A model generated the notes under the pieces. That model ran no database searches, had not been told where the DNA came from, and worked only from the letters and a program-made list of their open reading frames with translations. From positions 25,978,001 through 26,042,000 of the forward strand of contig CAIIXF020000001.1 in NCBI GenBank assembly GCA_903813345.2: DNA of 64,000 bases, in the 5' to 3' direction. Numbering within the stretch: position 1 is the stretch's first letter; each line of letters opens with the position of its first letter. Source of the DNA: Owenia fusiformis. Taxonomy: Eukaryota. Shown here in pieces: positions 12,806 to 25,778 of the stretch. Both the position numbers and the translations under genes were made by a program.

Positions 12806-13505
12806 GCAAAGGTCCATGTGCAGTATGGCAAGTGATTTTAGACATTTAGACATTTAGGTCATTTCTATAACCATGACTACTTTCTGGGCATAAATACAGT
12901 GGTTCTTATTAAAACAATATGTTATCCTTCAAGTGAAGTAATCATGATGATAAAAATTTCAATCGAACAATTCAAAAAATTATGAATGTTGAACAATATT
13001 GAACCTATTTACTCAAAAGAGGATCTTCTTTTTCTGTTTTTTTATTGCATGAAAAGATTATTCAACAAGGGGTCTAAAACATCTTCAAAAGGTGAATGGT
13101 ATTGAAAGTCTAGTTTGGAAGATATCAATTTTCGATGACCAAAATTATGCTGAAAACAATGGATAGCACGTGTTTTCCCTATGAGAAAATAACATGGGAT
13201 ATGTGATTTTTAACTTTAACAGATTTCAATATGCATCCCCTTTTAAGAAATTGTTAATATAGTATAGAAGAAACTTTTGATATGTTTGATAAAAAATGAG
13301 CCTAACATTTTTAAATAAGTGCCAACGTGGGGTCCCAATCTATAATTTTTCAGAGAGTTAGATCGATATTTTACTTTCATGGAGACTTCAGATGAAAGAA
13401 AACATATTGTTTTAATAAAAACCACTGTATTGATGGCCAGAAAGTATCCATGGTGAAAGATATGACCGTCTAAAATCACTTGCCATACTGCACATGGACC
13501 TTTGC
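12806..13505. mobile_element. 700-bp MITE with long (~130-bp) TIRs and a probable 3-bp TSD
   Basis: GCAAAGGTCCATGTGCAGTATGGCAAGTGATTTTAGAC is inverted at 13468-13505, with similarity extending about 130 bp; ATA on both flanks. Confidence 0.85.
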
Positions 13506-14562
13506 ATAGTTCTACTTGCCAAGTACATTGTACTATATTCTTTTGAAGTGTTCTCATAACAATATAAAGGCAGGTTGTTTTTTACTTTTGAGTGCAAAAG
13601 TGTGCCCTTTACAAAGCCCCTTCAGTAAAACATCAACACTTCACAGTTTTGTTTGATTCACATACAACACACATAGAGATACATGATGTCTGATAATTGA
13701 TTTAGAGAACCCTGAATGCCACTGATCTTTATTTTGAAAACAAAACTAAATTTTCAATTCTTCAGAAAAAGGTAATTGTTGATATGAGAGAATGAGTTGA
13801 TATTAAATGAACTGACATAACTGAGGGATGACCTTTAGCTTCACTAAATTTGGAATTTATGTATATAGCCTGATAAGGACTAAGCAGGAGGACAACTAAA
13901 AGAAGGAATATTGAAAGCCGTCTAGTGCAATGATATGCAGTGTTTCATCAACTAAAATTAATATGTGTAAAATATATATGGACACCTTTCTCAGGACAAC
14001 TTAAAATGTGAACACTTTGTCTCCATTCTAATTTCCGATGCCCTAACCCATTTTGAGAGATCCCAGTTCCTATCAGTTCCTTTCTAGGTGATAGTTTGAA
14101 AACAGAAAAATTCATTAAGTATCAGAATGGACCTGGTCATATACTATCATTTGAAAGCATGGTTCTAAACATCAACAACTATATTCCTTCCTTCTTCCAG
14201 TACGAGGTACATGTACATGTATTAGTTCTGGAGCCTTGAAGGATGTCAGATAATCTTTGTATGACATTCTAGCCAGCTCCAAAGATATTCACTTCAGATA
14301 GCTTTTACTCTATTCTGTATATGGAAATACAAATTGATCTCATCATCCTCCGAGCACAGGCCTCCAGAAATCCTACCCTGTTCTTGGAAGGAGGAAGGAA
14401 CGTAGAAGATGATGTCTGGAGCACTGCGTTCAGAGGATGTGATCTCACGAGTCAATAATTTTTTTATAATAATGTTAAAGGAAAAAACAACTGATGAACC
14501 CAGTCCTTTCATATCCTAAGTTTTCTTGAAAGTCTGATGATGTAGAACAATTGACAAGACTG

Positions 14563-14932
14563 TACCCTTTGCATTCGTTTGACTTCACTTCTTCAAAGAG
14601 AGCTTCGTCTTCACTCTTTCAAACTAAAATAAACCTGTGAACTCACCGCACCAATCAGTGTTCGTCGGCCAAATTTGATTGACGTTCTATATATGGTCAT
14701 TCCTTCTGACGTCATCGTTGAGCCCGGAATTGACCAATGACACACGCATATTTAATTAGAACGCATTTGGTGTATGTTTCATCAAGCTCGCTGATTGGTG
14801 GAAGAAAGGTCAGCGCGTATGTCAATTTTACCCAAACTGTCACCGGTACCCGTCGTGGGGGATAAGCTACTAAACTGTAATATGGTCTCTACTAGGCAGA
14901 GTGTAGTTTAACTAGACTCTGCACGCAGGGTA
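14563..14932 (+). mobile_element. Non-autonomous AcademH-like DNA transposon, 370-bp form
   Basis: TACCCT...AGGGTA termini; perfect 9-bp TSD ACAAGACTG (14554-14562, 14933-14941); near-identical to 45376-45743. Confidence 0.85.
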
Positions 14933-15009
14933 ACAAGACTGCCAAGTACCCTCCTATTGTATAACTTTTATTGACTCTTAGATGTCACATGGATGACATA
15001 TTGACTTAC

Positions 15010-15061
15010 CTGACACTGTGTTTATCATAAATTTATCCATTGTTAAAGAACTGGATGTCAT
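15010..15061 (-). CDS. Candidate alternative first coding exon ((MTSSSLT)MDKFMINTVS, phase 1)
   Basis: In-frame ATGs at 15061 and 15040 (acaATGg) after an upstream TAG; consensus donor CAG|GTAAGT. Confidence 0.55.
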
Positions 15062-15680
15062 ATTGTTGCATAAGATGATCAAATTAACATTATCATATAT
15101 AGCTAATTGAAGTATAAAGAATCAATCATAAATGAATGTGAACGTGATAGCAATCATATCAACCTTCTGAATAATATCAAAAACAAAAACATACAGAAAT
15201 AACATTGAAGTAGCGATAACTTACCATGCAGTAGTTCTATAGTAGGCTATAAAATAAATAATCCTGCATTCTAAGTTGGGTGAAAGATCAAAGGTTATAG
15301 ATAAGTATCCATAGAGTCCTTATATTCAGATAAGTGACATAGTTTGTAAGGAATGTATTACCAAGGCAATCAACCAATCAATCAGTCAATCACCCAATCA
15401 ATCGATTAAAAAATCAATAACTTTATTTCTTCCAGTAAACAACTGAAATATAGTTTATTTATGTAATATGTGCTAAAGCTCCAAAACTGAAAATATCATG
15501 AGCTCCTCCTCTCTATTTCTGCCACAGATGTTAAGTTACCTAGAGGTTGATAGATATCTTTAATAGGCATAATTGTCTTTTCAAGTAGCCAAATCAACCT
15601 ATTGAAAATGGTTATGCTATGTAGAAGATAGCAATGATGGTTAGAAAAAAAACATTTCAATTTGTATGGCCTCAATAAGT

Positions 15681-15806
15681 GGGCCTTTTTGGGCATTACT
15701 TGGCCTTCTAAGGGCAAATTTTCCAAAAATTGGCCTTAAATGTTCAAAATGTTTAGCAAATTTGAAATGTGCCCCCCCCCCTTGTTGGCTTCTGGATCTC
15801 CCAGTG
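15681..15806. mobile_element. Right half of a MITE related to 11261-11488
   Basis: Shares TTTTTGGGCATTACT.GGCCTT and CCCCCCCCCTTGTTGG...GATCT with that element. Confidence 0.7.
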
Positions 15807-18800
15807 ATTACATACTTCTTGGACATATATTCCTCAAACACGAACTGCTAGTGGAAGGGAGAGGGAAGCGGAACCTTACAAAGTTTGATCAAGAAAAATG
15901 AATGACATAAATTGAAGAAAGAAAATTATGTACTTACTTCCTGATTGACCTCAAAATCTATTTCTTGATTTATTATTCTTCTGGAACACTTGCTATTTCA
16001 ATGCCAAGCATCAATCTAGAAGTTTACAAACATACCCCATACATCTATAAATATTTATGTCCCAGACATGCAAAACCACAACTTGTTTGATAACAACAGG
16101 AAACTCCTATTTATATTTATATTTTCTGGAGTCAGACCTGGTTTTGATATCACATATATTATGTCTCCCAAATGGGCTGAATGAGTGGGGAGGGGGTAAG
16201 ATACAGGGTGTCAAATAGGTGCCCCTTTAATTTAAATCACAAAATGATTTTCTTAAATTCGATGCCTTTATGAATAGTCAAAAGCCATTCAGTCAATGCT
16301 GACTAAAACAAGTATAACTGAGAAGCGATTCTAAATATCAAGACATTTCAGACCAGAAAACCACATAAAACACCATGTTCCTCTTCAAATCAGTGTTACT
16401 GTAGATCTAATTAAGAAGTACACAATAAGTTCTTTCTTTTCCAAATAGCTTACTCCATGATAAATCAAGAACACTGTCGACCTACCTTTAATATATTGTA
16501 ACCTTATAGGTTTAAATTTGGTTTTCCTGATTTGAGAATGCCCTTTTTGTCTATTATTTCTCCATGAAACATATAAAAATGACTTATAATCCCTATTGTC
16601 TATATCAAAGTGTTTTCTACACTAAAATATAATGTTCAACACTGCAAATTGTTTGGTGCAATACATGTTTTAAGGCTATATCAATTAGCATGTTAATTAC
16701 TGGTGTTGTTCTTTACAATAGTACACATCATTTACATACAGTTAGAACTTGCCACTGGTGCTTTAGGTCCCATAAATGTTAAGTCTGCATTACCTACAGC
16801 CATATGCATATGTTAATACTTTAACTCTAATAGACTTGATATAAAGAGAACAGTTTCAATTTTAAAGAGATATCATTAAAAAGCATTAGCTCACCATAAA
16901 GTAATCATTATAACATGTACTTTAAGATTTGAAAAACCTTAACTTGGCTATTAAAATATATATAAAGGTTAAAGTCTCTGTAGATGTAACAAAAAGAAAG
17001 TCTTGAGTCATCATATAATATGTCAAATGAAAAATGTGAAATGTGAATTAGTTGAAATATTAACAGAAAAATGATTCTTTAAATGTTAAAATATATTTGC
17101 CTGGATCGAGAACAGAAATAACCATGGCAAGGAGTGATATGAGCCCAAACAATTCTAAAATTAAGATGAATTATTTTGAAACAAATCTCTGATACTCTCA
17201 GTCTTGCAACACAATCAAAAGGATGTTGTTAAATATAGTTTATACAGTATATACAGTTTCATGGGCTTTGAAGAGTTCTAAAAAGCTGACTGTTTCAAAT
17301 GTTGCATCCTCGGTTGCATCATTACCATGGGCTTTAAAAAGAGAGTTAAAGCCTATAGGATTACAAAGTACTACTTACTTTTAAAACGTTTCCTAAAGAA
17401 TCTCCTCATTTTCTTCATGTTGTCTCTTTCCTCAGATATCAATAAGCTTTTATATACTACGTATTATCAGTCAGGCTTATTATATAATGTTACTAAGCTG
17501 GTATCTGACAGACTAATGTATGATCTTAAACAATGTTTTTATAACCACTTTTGACTCTTGGTATGCAAAGTAAAATAAACTATATGTTACTAAACATCAA
17601 AACAAAGTCAATGTATTTCAGCATCAGCATCCAAAGTTAGAACTTCTTCAACAAATAACCATCCCTTGCTTTTGATGCTTTTCAAGACTTGTACTTGAGC
17701 TATATTGCACAAGTTTCCAACAGTAAAATCACTTGACTTATGTCTTTTATGTCTGCTGAATCATAGATACCATCCCATAAAACTCTTGTAACTGGAATAT
17801 CTCCACATACTTCAAACCAATGAACACTTGTTGCTATCCTTATGGGGTCAGTCTCGATATGTACTTTGTTCTCATGAAAATCCTTTAAAAATCTATGATT
17901 TTTGCATGTATTATGAAAAATATGAATGCTGTATTCTTATCAATGCTTTACTTTCTGTGGTCAGTTCTAACTGAATGTTTAGAGTCAGGGAGTTGATTGC
18001 AGGATACTTCTCTAGGTACACCAAACCCAGACATAAGTTACATTGGTGATCAGATCTTTAAAGAAAAATAGAGATGAAATGAGAATGATAAGCGGGGAAT
18101 CAAGTCATTCAGCATGTATTCATGATCCAAAGGTTTCTACAATACAATAACATAAAAACAAAAGTCACATTTTGTTGAGAAAAGATGAGAACTTTGCAAG
18201 ACAAGGATAACATTTTAGGAAAGGGAAATAGCCAGAAATGGGGGTTTGGTTAGCAATGTTGCCTTGGTGATTTGTTTTAATTATAAGCTACAACAGAACA
18301 GATAGGCATGTGGTAAGATAAGATGATCCCAAGGAATGGTACATCTTATGAACAACTGCAATATTGATGGCCAGTGGTCATGGCCTTCCAGCTGTCATGT
18401 TATCCAGTATGGGTTTCCTTGAAACTATTTCAAATCCAGGTACATTCACCTGACCATGATTTCCAAAAAGAACCTTTTGTAGATTCATAGTGCTGCTGCT
18501 CCATCAGTTATCCAGTCTGATACTCATAGACCAGCTCTGCCTGCAAAGAAAGGCTGTGATCTTTCACAATGTTAAAAGTCTAACAATATATTCTTGTTAA
18601 CAGCACGTTACCTATTTCCATAAGTAAGCCCCCCACCCGGCCCATGTACAGTACATGTATATGCATCATGGTGAGGCACGCCTTCTCTATCTCTGCCCTC
18701 CTGTGATGCACAGTAGGAGAAACGCTATGAACATCAGAATGATGTACTCGTATAATTGTTTATGTGGATGTAATTCTATAATTCTATGTTCCATGGTTTT

Positions 18801-18846
18801 ACAAGGGATTCCAACAAGTTCTTAGCATATCCTGGCTTAGCAATAG

Positions 18847-19010
18847 CATAGGTGTAGCGATCACACCCATCGCAGCCCCCCCCCCCCCCGCCAGGACAAA
18901 TAAAAAAAACCATGAGATAGAAAAAGAAGAGCTTTAAAATGCTGAGTGAAAACCAAAGTTTTTTTGCCAATCGCACTTCCCCCTCTGGCTGAAACCTGGC
19001 TATGCCTTTG
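18847..19010. mobile_element. MITE (CATAGG(C/T)GTAGC family) with 5-bp TSD
   Basis: CATAGGTGTAGC ... GCTATGCCTTTG; TSD AATAG (18842-18846, 19011-19015); related to 38219-38453. Confidence 0.8.
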
Positions 19011-20294
19011 AATAGGTACACAAACAAATATCTAATGGATCAATTTAATTTCTTCAGCTTTGTACACGAAGATAAACATTAGGAAATGTCTTTGATATGT
19101 CTTGTTCAAGGCTATAAACATCTTTTTACATGGGGTAAATATAACCATTTTGTTTAACAAGTGGTGATACCTACTTTTTATTTACTTTGGAAAGCCATGG
19201 TTCCATCAAAGATATCTAATTTAAGGTGACTGACTTATCAAGTTCTAAAGGCATGTGAACCATGCTATTAAATTAGTAGACCGATAAAACCTGATTTTGT
19301 AGAACCAGCAATTGATTTTCCTAATTACTTCATCTTTTCAGTCCAGTATATTGAAGCTAGTGACTCGGTATAGTTCGATTATGTTCTTGTAAAATAGGCT
19401 AAATCTTTCCAAGATGCTTGCAAATTAGGAAATAAGGTCGATATGACAATATCCATTTTGGTTAATAAGTGAAAATATAAGTAAATCAGTGTTTTCAGCC
19501 TTGTCAGGATAGAGAATATTCAGGGCCTGGATTAAAGCAAACAATTATTTGATCATCTCAAAATCTTTTTGTTTTGAATGAAAAAGTTTAATAACAATTT
19601 CTTGATTAAAAACCATGGTCACATTCAACTCTCATTCACTAAACAGACCAGTAACAGTAAGAACCCAAATGCATAAACAAAAGAATATCATTCATGTCCC
19701 TTTAATGGGATAAATCTGTTATTCTGAATGAAGAAAATTATTCTCAGAAGAAGTAAGTTATGTTTTTCTACTCAGTATATCAAAGATCGTAAAATGCGTA
19801 AAATATGGAAATGGCTCGGAAACATTTCATGTGGTATAGGTTATTTCAAGTGAGTAACATACTATTTAAAGAGAACCTTACCTTGATTATGCCAAAAATA
19901 ACCTTGCTATGCTACTACAGTGGAAAACGACGTTCTTTGAAGTAGCACTCATTGAGGGGAAAATAATAACTGCTAGAGAATCCATGTCAAGTACAGAAAG
20001 TAAGAGATGCTAACATAAAACCTTCTTTCATACCTAGGTCTGATACTCAACAAATATCTTTCCATATAACTAATAATCATATCTTTTTTCTAACAACAGA
20101 CAATCTCTGATAGAAATCGCCATGTAAAGTACATAATAGTACTATTGCCTTGATCTTGAAGCAATTATTGATCACTTGGTGATGCAACCTCTACATAACT
20201 TGTATCAATTCAATAACCAGTGAGTAGAAGACATATCAGACAAAAAGTCATCCTCCTAAGCAGGTGTCCAGAATCCGTACCTCCTTCTTCCCCC

Positions 20295-20410
20295 TGCTAT
20301 AACCAATTTGGACGCGCCCGATTTAACTGAATCACGTGATCTAATTATGCGCAATGACTTATACATGATTTCTGTCGCAGTGTTGCGACAGCCAATCAGA
20401 TTGCGAGTTC
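20295..20410. promoter_or_regulatory. CpG-containing motif cluster (candidate internal promoter/enhancer)
   Basis: CCAAT at ~20303 and ~20392, E-box TCACGTGA (20332-20339), C/EBP-like ATGCGCAAT and the palindrome TGTCGCA-GTGT-TGCGACA (20373-20390), in otherwise CpG-poor DNA. Confidence 0.5.
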
Positions 20411-21740
20411 TTAATCGGGGAAATGGTAACTGCTTATTGCAAGGGGTAAAAGAAAGAATATGTTCTGGATTTTGAGGCCCTGTGATCGGAGGATGACAAA
20501 AAGTAAGCTAAAAATCTATCCATTCACCTATACTGAAGTTATATAAGATGTGATACCCATTCTGGTTTACCAGACCCCCTATTATCTGTTATTTGGAAAG
20601 ATCTAGACAAAGGGAGTGTGGTTGTTGTGATGTATATTACCTAGTTGTTTTCTGGGAGGAAGTGCGAGCAAATGTGTGTTACCTCTAGTGATCTGCGGTA
20701 TTGCCAGAAGTACCGTTACGGTGGCATTCTGGCCTAATGTCGGCACTGAAATTCCAATACAAAGTGAAGAAAAGTAACCTTTTCACATCGGAAATATTTG
20801 CATTTTGTTTTTGTCTCCTTTTTGAAGAGTTAGGGACGCCACCTGACGAGGGGAAGAACTTGTCAAAAAATGAACTAGTTACTTCAGACAGAAGTCTTTC
20901 CTGAGACAGCCTTCAGCACACAAGAATTGGCCCAGCAAAAGCTCAAACGAAAGATGTTAATTCTGATACAGTTTATGCAATGCAAAATGATCAAACTGGA
21001 GAAGATTGGTGTGGGCTATGTTTATAACTAGACAATGGTGCTCATACATTCACTTTGACTGATTTGACTGGGCTTGGCAAAACAGCACTAATGGCCAAAT
21101 CTAAAGTAATCTTTAACTACTATACTATACCCCGCATAGTTTCGAGAAAGAAAACTGATACTGAGTTGTTGGCTGCCATGCCTCATGAAGGGAGCTCACT
21201 AGTAAATGCATGTACTGTAAGTTCTCCCAAGTATTTTATACATGCAATCAATTAGCTTGTAATATTAGAGCTAGAAAATGTAAGCTGTAAGAGGTACAAA
21301 TTGTATTACAACTTGGATATCTCACCACCCAGGAGTCCGAGGGCACGTTGTGCCAAACACAGATATCTCACTTAGTTAGACACATCAAAGTATTCACTGA
21401 CATTAGTAAATGTGTATAGGAAACATAACCTTTTAGAAGAAGATCTAAGAAAAATATTGAACTAGCCTTATATTTATAGAATTATCTGCTATTTCTAGAC
21501 ATATCGAAAATCTACAAGAAAGTACTGTATTATAGACCAACTTTTAGAACACAACGATGCCTATCTTTCTATTTCTAAAAGTGCATCTGAAATTGACTAT
21601 AAACTTGTAAAAGGATAAACCATTCTTATTCATAACTAAGAATAAAAAAGTAATCTATATCATTCTGATACTCATCGCATCTTTCGTGTCACAGACACAT
21701 TGTTGAGAAGAGATGTGATGTCTGGTTATATCATACTCAC

Positions 21741-21951
21741 CAAAGCTAGCCCAATCTATCTCATCTTGATCTATATCACTGCCCTCTGGTGAAGTACTAG
21801 ATTCAATTGAGTATCTTGTCCCATCATCTAACATGTCGGGCTCCTGGTTTGTCCTACTATGCGGCATTGACCATATAAATGATTGCGAAAGTTTTGCATT
21901 GTTTTCCCTCTTCATCCCTAGAGCAAACCTAGCTTTAATTCCCATCAACAT
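21741..21951 (-). CDS. Candidate alternative first coding exon (MLMGIKARF...DIDQDEIDWASF, phase 1)
   Basis: aaaATG after an in-frame TGA; 70 codons + 1 nt; Ser/acidic protein-like composition; donor TTG|GTGAGT. Confidence 0.65.
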
Positions 21952-23907
21952 TTTGTGAAAGCAGTTGTCAAATGTCTCAATGATGCATTCATAAGGTTCA
22001 ATTCGTCAAACACGGTTATCTTTCTGGCACAGTTTCGTTACAATGGCTTTCAAGGAATGTGTTTTTTCTGGCTATAGGGGTATTTTTACTGAGGATAAAT
22101 GTTATCAAAACAATGCCTTTTCGCTCTGACATTGGAGATTATTGTCTCAATGTTTACAGGTAATATCACTGCCCTTATCTACCTGTAGTAAGATATAGGC
22201 AAGCTTGGATGTGTGAATTGTTTTTCCATGAAACAATGCCTTGTAAAAAACAATCCACTTTATTTCATCAAAGTCTTCTATTTTAACTTATGGCTTGATG
22301 GGTCAAGCAGTGGAAATTAAGTAAAAAATGATGTGTCCTCTATCAAGAATAAGCTGTCTCCTTTGTCAAATGCAGCACATTTATTTTTCCAGTATGGTGT
22401 CTTCTTGTTCAGTGTGGTCCTCCCTTTAGCCTTTTATGCCAACGCCTCCTTCAGTCAACTATTTCAACTTCTAAGCCATGTATCATTATGAAGATGTAAA
22501 TAACAATATGTTCCTCTATCCCAGAGCAGAACAGACCTGTTCAGATGACCACTTGACCCGCTGCAAGGTCTTCACATGTCCACCACGTCTATAAGAATCA
22601 TCTATAACTGAGGGATCCAGTTTCCCAAACACATTCCAGGACATTCTTCCTGAGGATCCTCATCCCTCAAATATTACTATAATTGGCTCCATTATTCTCT
22701 GAGATGAATCTGAGACTTATTAATGAAAACATGTGTCTATGGATGGAAGTTTGGGTTAGATTCTATTTATTATTGCTTGTAGTACAACAGTTATGACAAT
22801 TGCAATATGCCAGCCAATCAAGCATATCAATAAAGATAACTGAAAATTGGAGACTGATACGGAATTTTGAGACACGCAATAAAGAAATCGTAATTGGTTT
22901 GGAATGGAATAATGATTCAAGGCAATTGGGGGCAATGCAATTTGACATTTTGTATTTATTTTCTAGATATTGAATATCACCAAAATATGAGAGTAACTGT
23001 TTGATTGTATAGTAAGCGTTAAGTAACCTGCGTAAAGTTTTCATGTACAGTATTGATATTTTCATTTCAAATATGGCGGTCATTCGGCCGGATGTCGGAC
23101 AACCCTAACAAAAAATCATGCCAAGGTGCATTTTTAGTATATGGGAACTTATAAGAAGGAATGAGTGGTCAGTGCATTGGAATCCTTCAAATGAAGCAGG
23201 TCTCAGCTTAAAGAGCCAATCATATAAATCAAAGTAAAGTTGAGTTGCATAGTGAACCTTACTTTATCATGGCTTTTTGATTGTGTAAAAGTTTTATTAA
23301 TTAGGATTCAGAGTTATATTTTAGTGATGCACATTTTGTACTTTATAATTATAATGATTGCATATACAGAACATGTATTCATGGCTTAGAAAGAATTCTA
23401 ACTCGTCCGATGATTTTTACACGCTGAACTGACCAAACAACATAACTTAAAGTGGCATTTTCTTACTATTTTTTGGGATATTTTCACTGTGTCACTCGAA
23501 CTAAGGACACAAGTCTATTCTAACCCTAAAATTACAATTTCTCATCTAAAACAATGGTCTCATAATAAGATATAAACATGACAAAATTACACACCTGGTT
23601 AGTTATTGCAAATGGTTACAAAAGTATAACAATTTGTTATGTGTAACAATTTGTCACAGGTACCAAATGTGAAGTGCCAACTTCAACTTGCAAATTCTAA
23701 ATGCCAGTCAAAAAAAGTTGCTATAACAATATGTCACCAGCAATTAACCAGAAATTTTCTGAAATATATATAAAAATCTCTAAAAGCTGCAGTAGATGAA
23801 ACTTCATGGACCTACTATCTTCCAGTCTTTAGACATGCAAAAAACAAATGTAAGAGATATTGAAACCTTCTGACATGCCAAACACATTTGTACTGAAAAC
23901 ATGTCTG

Positions 23908-23944
23908 CAGTGATCTCCCCAGCATTAGAACTGGGTGCTACACC
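23908..23944. mobile_element. Solo terminus of the 34878-35083 MITE family
   Basis: CAGTGATCTCCCCAGCATTA...GGGTGC matches the reverse complement of that element's right end. Confidence 0.65.
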
Positions 23945-24791
23945 TTGTGAAAATAGGAACATTACATGCCACTCTGTTAAAAACTTTTTGCAACCTTTCA
24001 AAGAGGTATAACTAGGAGATATTCAACTATTTCTACAGGTCAAATCAGAATTTAGTACCATGGGTGGGATCCTGGGGAGATCTCTGGTCTGAAAACGAAC
24101 TAAACTTGATTTTCACACATCTGATCAACATACTGTTCAAGAGCATTTTCTACAATGTCCATCACAAGAATTAATCCTGACAAAAATATCCCAGTCATGT
24201 CGTTTCCACAAATAAGACTCTCTTTAAGCTCAGTCTTCCTTTCCTTCAATGATTAAAGAAAAACATTTTCAAAGTGAATGATTCCTGAGTGCAAACTACA
24301 AAATTTGTGGAAAACTCTTGTAGCAATCGTACTTACCAAGTTACTTACCAACGATTAAGGAACAGGCCTTTGTTGAGTTAAATCTAAAATAACAGGGAGG
24401 TCTATGAAGTAATGTTTGTGTTACATAACTCAGCAATTGTATACATTCTGAAGATATATCTGCATAGAAGTGTCTAATTACCTAATTGAAAGTACAATCA
24501 GTGACGTACTTTCCATATATTAAGCTGGAGTGTTTTTGATTAGACAAATCAGTAGATGGATTATGCCAGAGAGAACTTAAAAGTACAATCTAAGATTTCT
24601 TATGATCAGAAAAAGAATACAATGAAACCTGTAGTTCGCCACTCATTGCTGTGTTCCCCGGCCATGTTCACTTCTATTTCACATACATGAACTTCATAAC
24701 CTATGTAAAGCCCATGCTCTTTTTCTAGACTGAAAGGGCCCCATTCACATGACTTTACTGCTAGCCATCTGAAAGCTCTTACAATGATGGG

Positions 24792-24955
24792 CAGGCCCGT
24801 AGCCAGGGGGGTTCGCAGGGTTTGGACAGTTTTTCACAATTTTGAGCACTTCTCAAGTGATTTTAGATATATTTGGGCCAAAATTGTCAAATGTGAGCCC
24901 CCCTGGAAATTTTTGAAAACTGAACCCCCCTGGGCAAATCCTGGCTACGGGCCTG
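24792..24955. mobile_element. MITE (CAGGCCCGTAGCCAGG family) with 5-bp TSD
   Basis: TIR CAGGCCCGTAGCCAGG / CCTGGCTACGGGCCTG; flanks ATGGG / ATGAG (4 of 5 match). Confidence 0.85.
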
Positions 24956-25778
24956 ATGAGTTGCGGTAAAAGCCTTTCCCTACTCAAACATAGATGACTT
25001 TAAGCTAAAGTGGCCCTGAAGAACAGAGCTACTTGATGAAACAATGGAATCTTTTAGCTTGGAAGGCAGAATTAAATGCATCTGAAATAATTGTAGAGAA
25101 CGCTGGAGCTCTGACTGACATAATTCAATTTACTCGAGATTAAATTGAATTTTGTTTGTTGGAAAGATGGGTAAATGCAGTTTAGATTGATCCACAAGTG
25201 GTTCATAGAGCGATTTGGAGATGAGATGCGCAGCAAACTATAATTCGAAAATAATTTGAACTAAATATTGCAATCTCTCCGCCCTTATGTCATAATACAC
25301 CAGAAATGATCTAAATTTTCATACTTGATATAGATGATGCTTAACACAGGTTCAAGATATTTACAGAATTTAGGTCTGTCTAAAAGACAACATATTATCA
25401 CATACCAGATGAGGTTCAAGGGAGATAAATGCTGCACCTGAAACCTTCCAGTATATAAACTTTGTAAATGTTAAAAGTTGATCACTAAACTTTCTTCTAG
25501 TGTTGTATCGAGACATCCCTCCCCATTGTCTCTTAAGTTCTAACATAGCTGGAGAAAAATTTCTCATTTGTTTCTAAGCAGGTAAAGCTTCATGATGTGG
25601 TTGATGTGGTTTAGAGTATAGTACACTGCAATCACTTGGATAAATAGGATGCTTCTAAGCAGTATGGGGTTGATAGCTGTATCTCACCAGTTGATACTAA
25701 TTGAAGAAATAGATACACACCATTTGCTTTAAATAATATTTCAAAATAGAACCTTGGCATTTGATATAGTGCTTGTCT

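Noticed and set aside
13243-13597. Two overlapping minus-strand ORFs
   Set aside because: They overlap the right TIR of the 12806-13505 MITE and have no transposase motifs.
14294-14512. 72-aa minus-strand ORF
   Set aside because: No domain similarity and no good phase-1 donor was recognised.
24349-24383. 35-nt AG/GT-bounded minus-strand exon as the shared coding exon
   Set aside because: It has a stop when entered in phase 1 or phase 0; at most a 5'-UTR exon.
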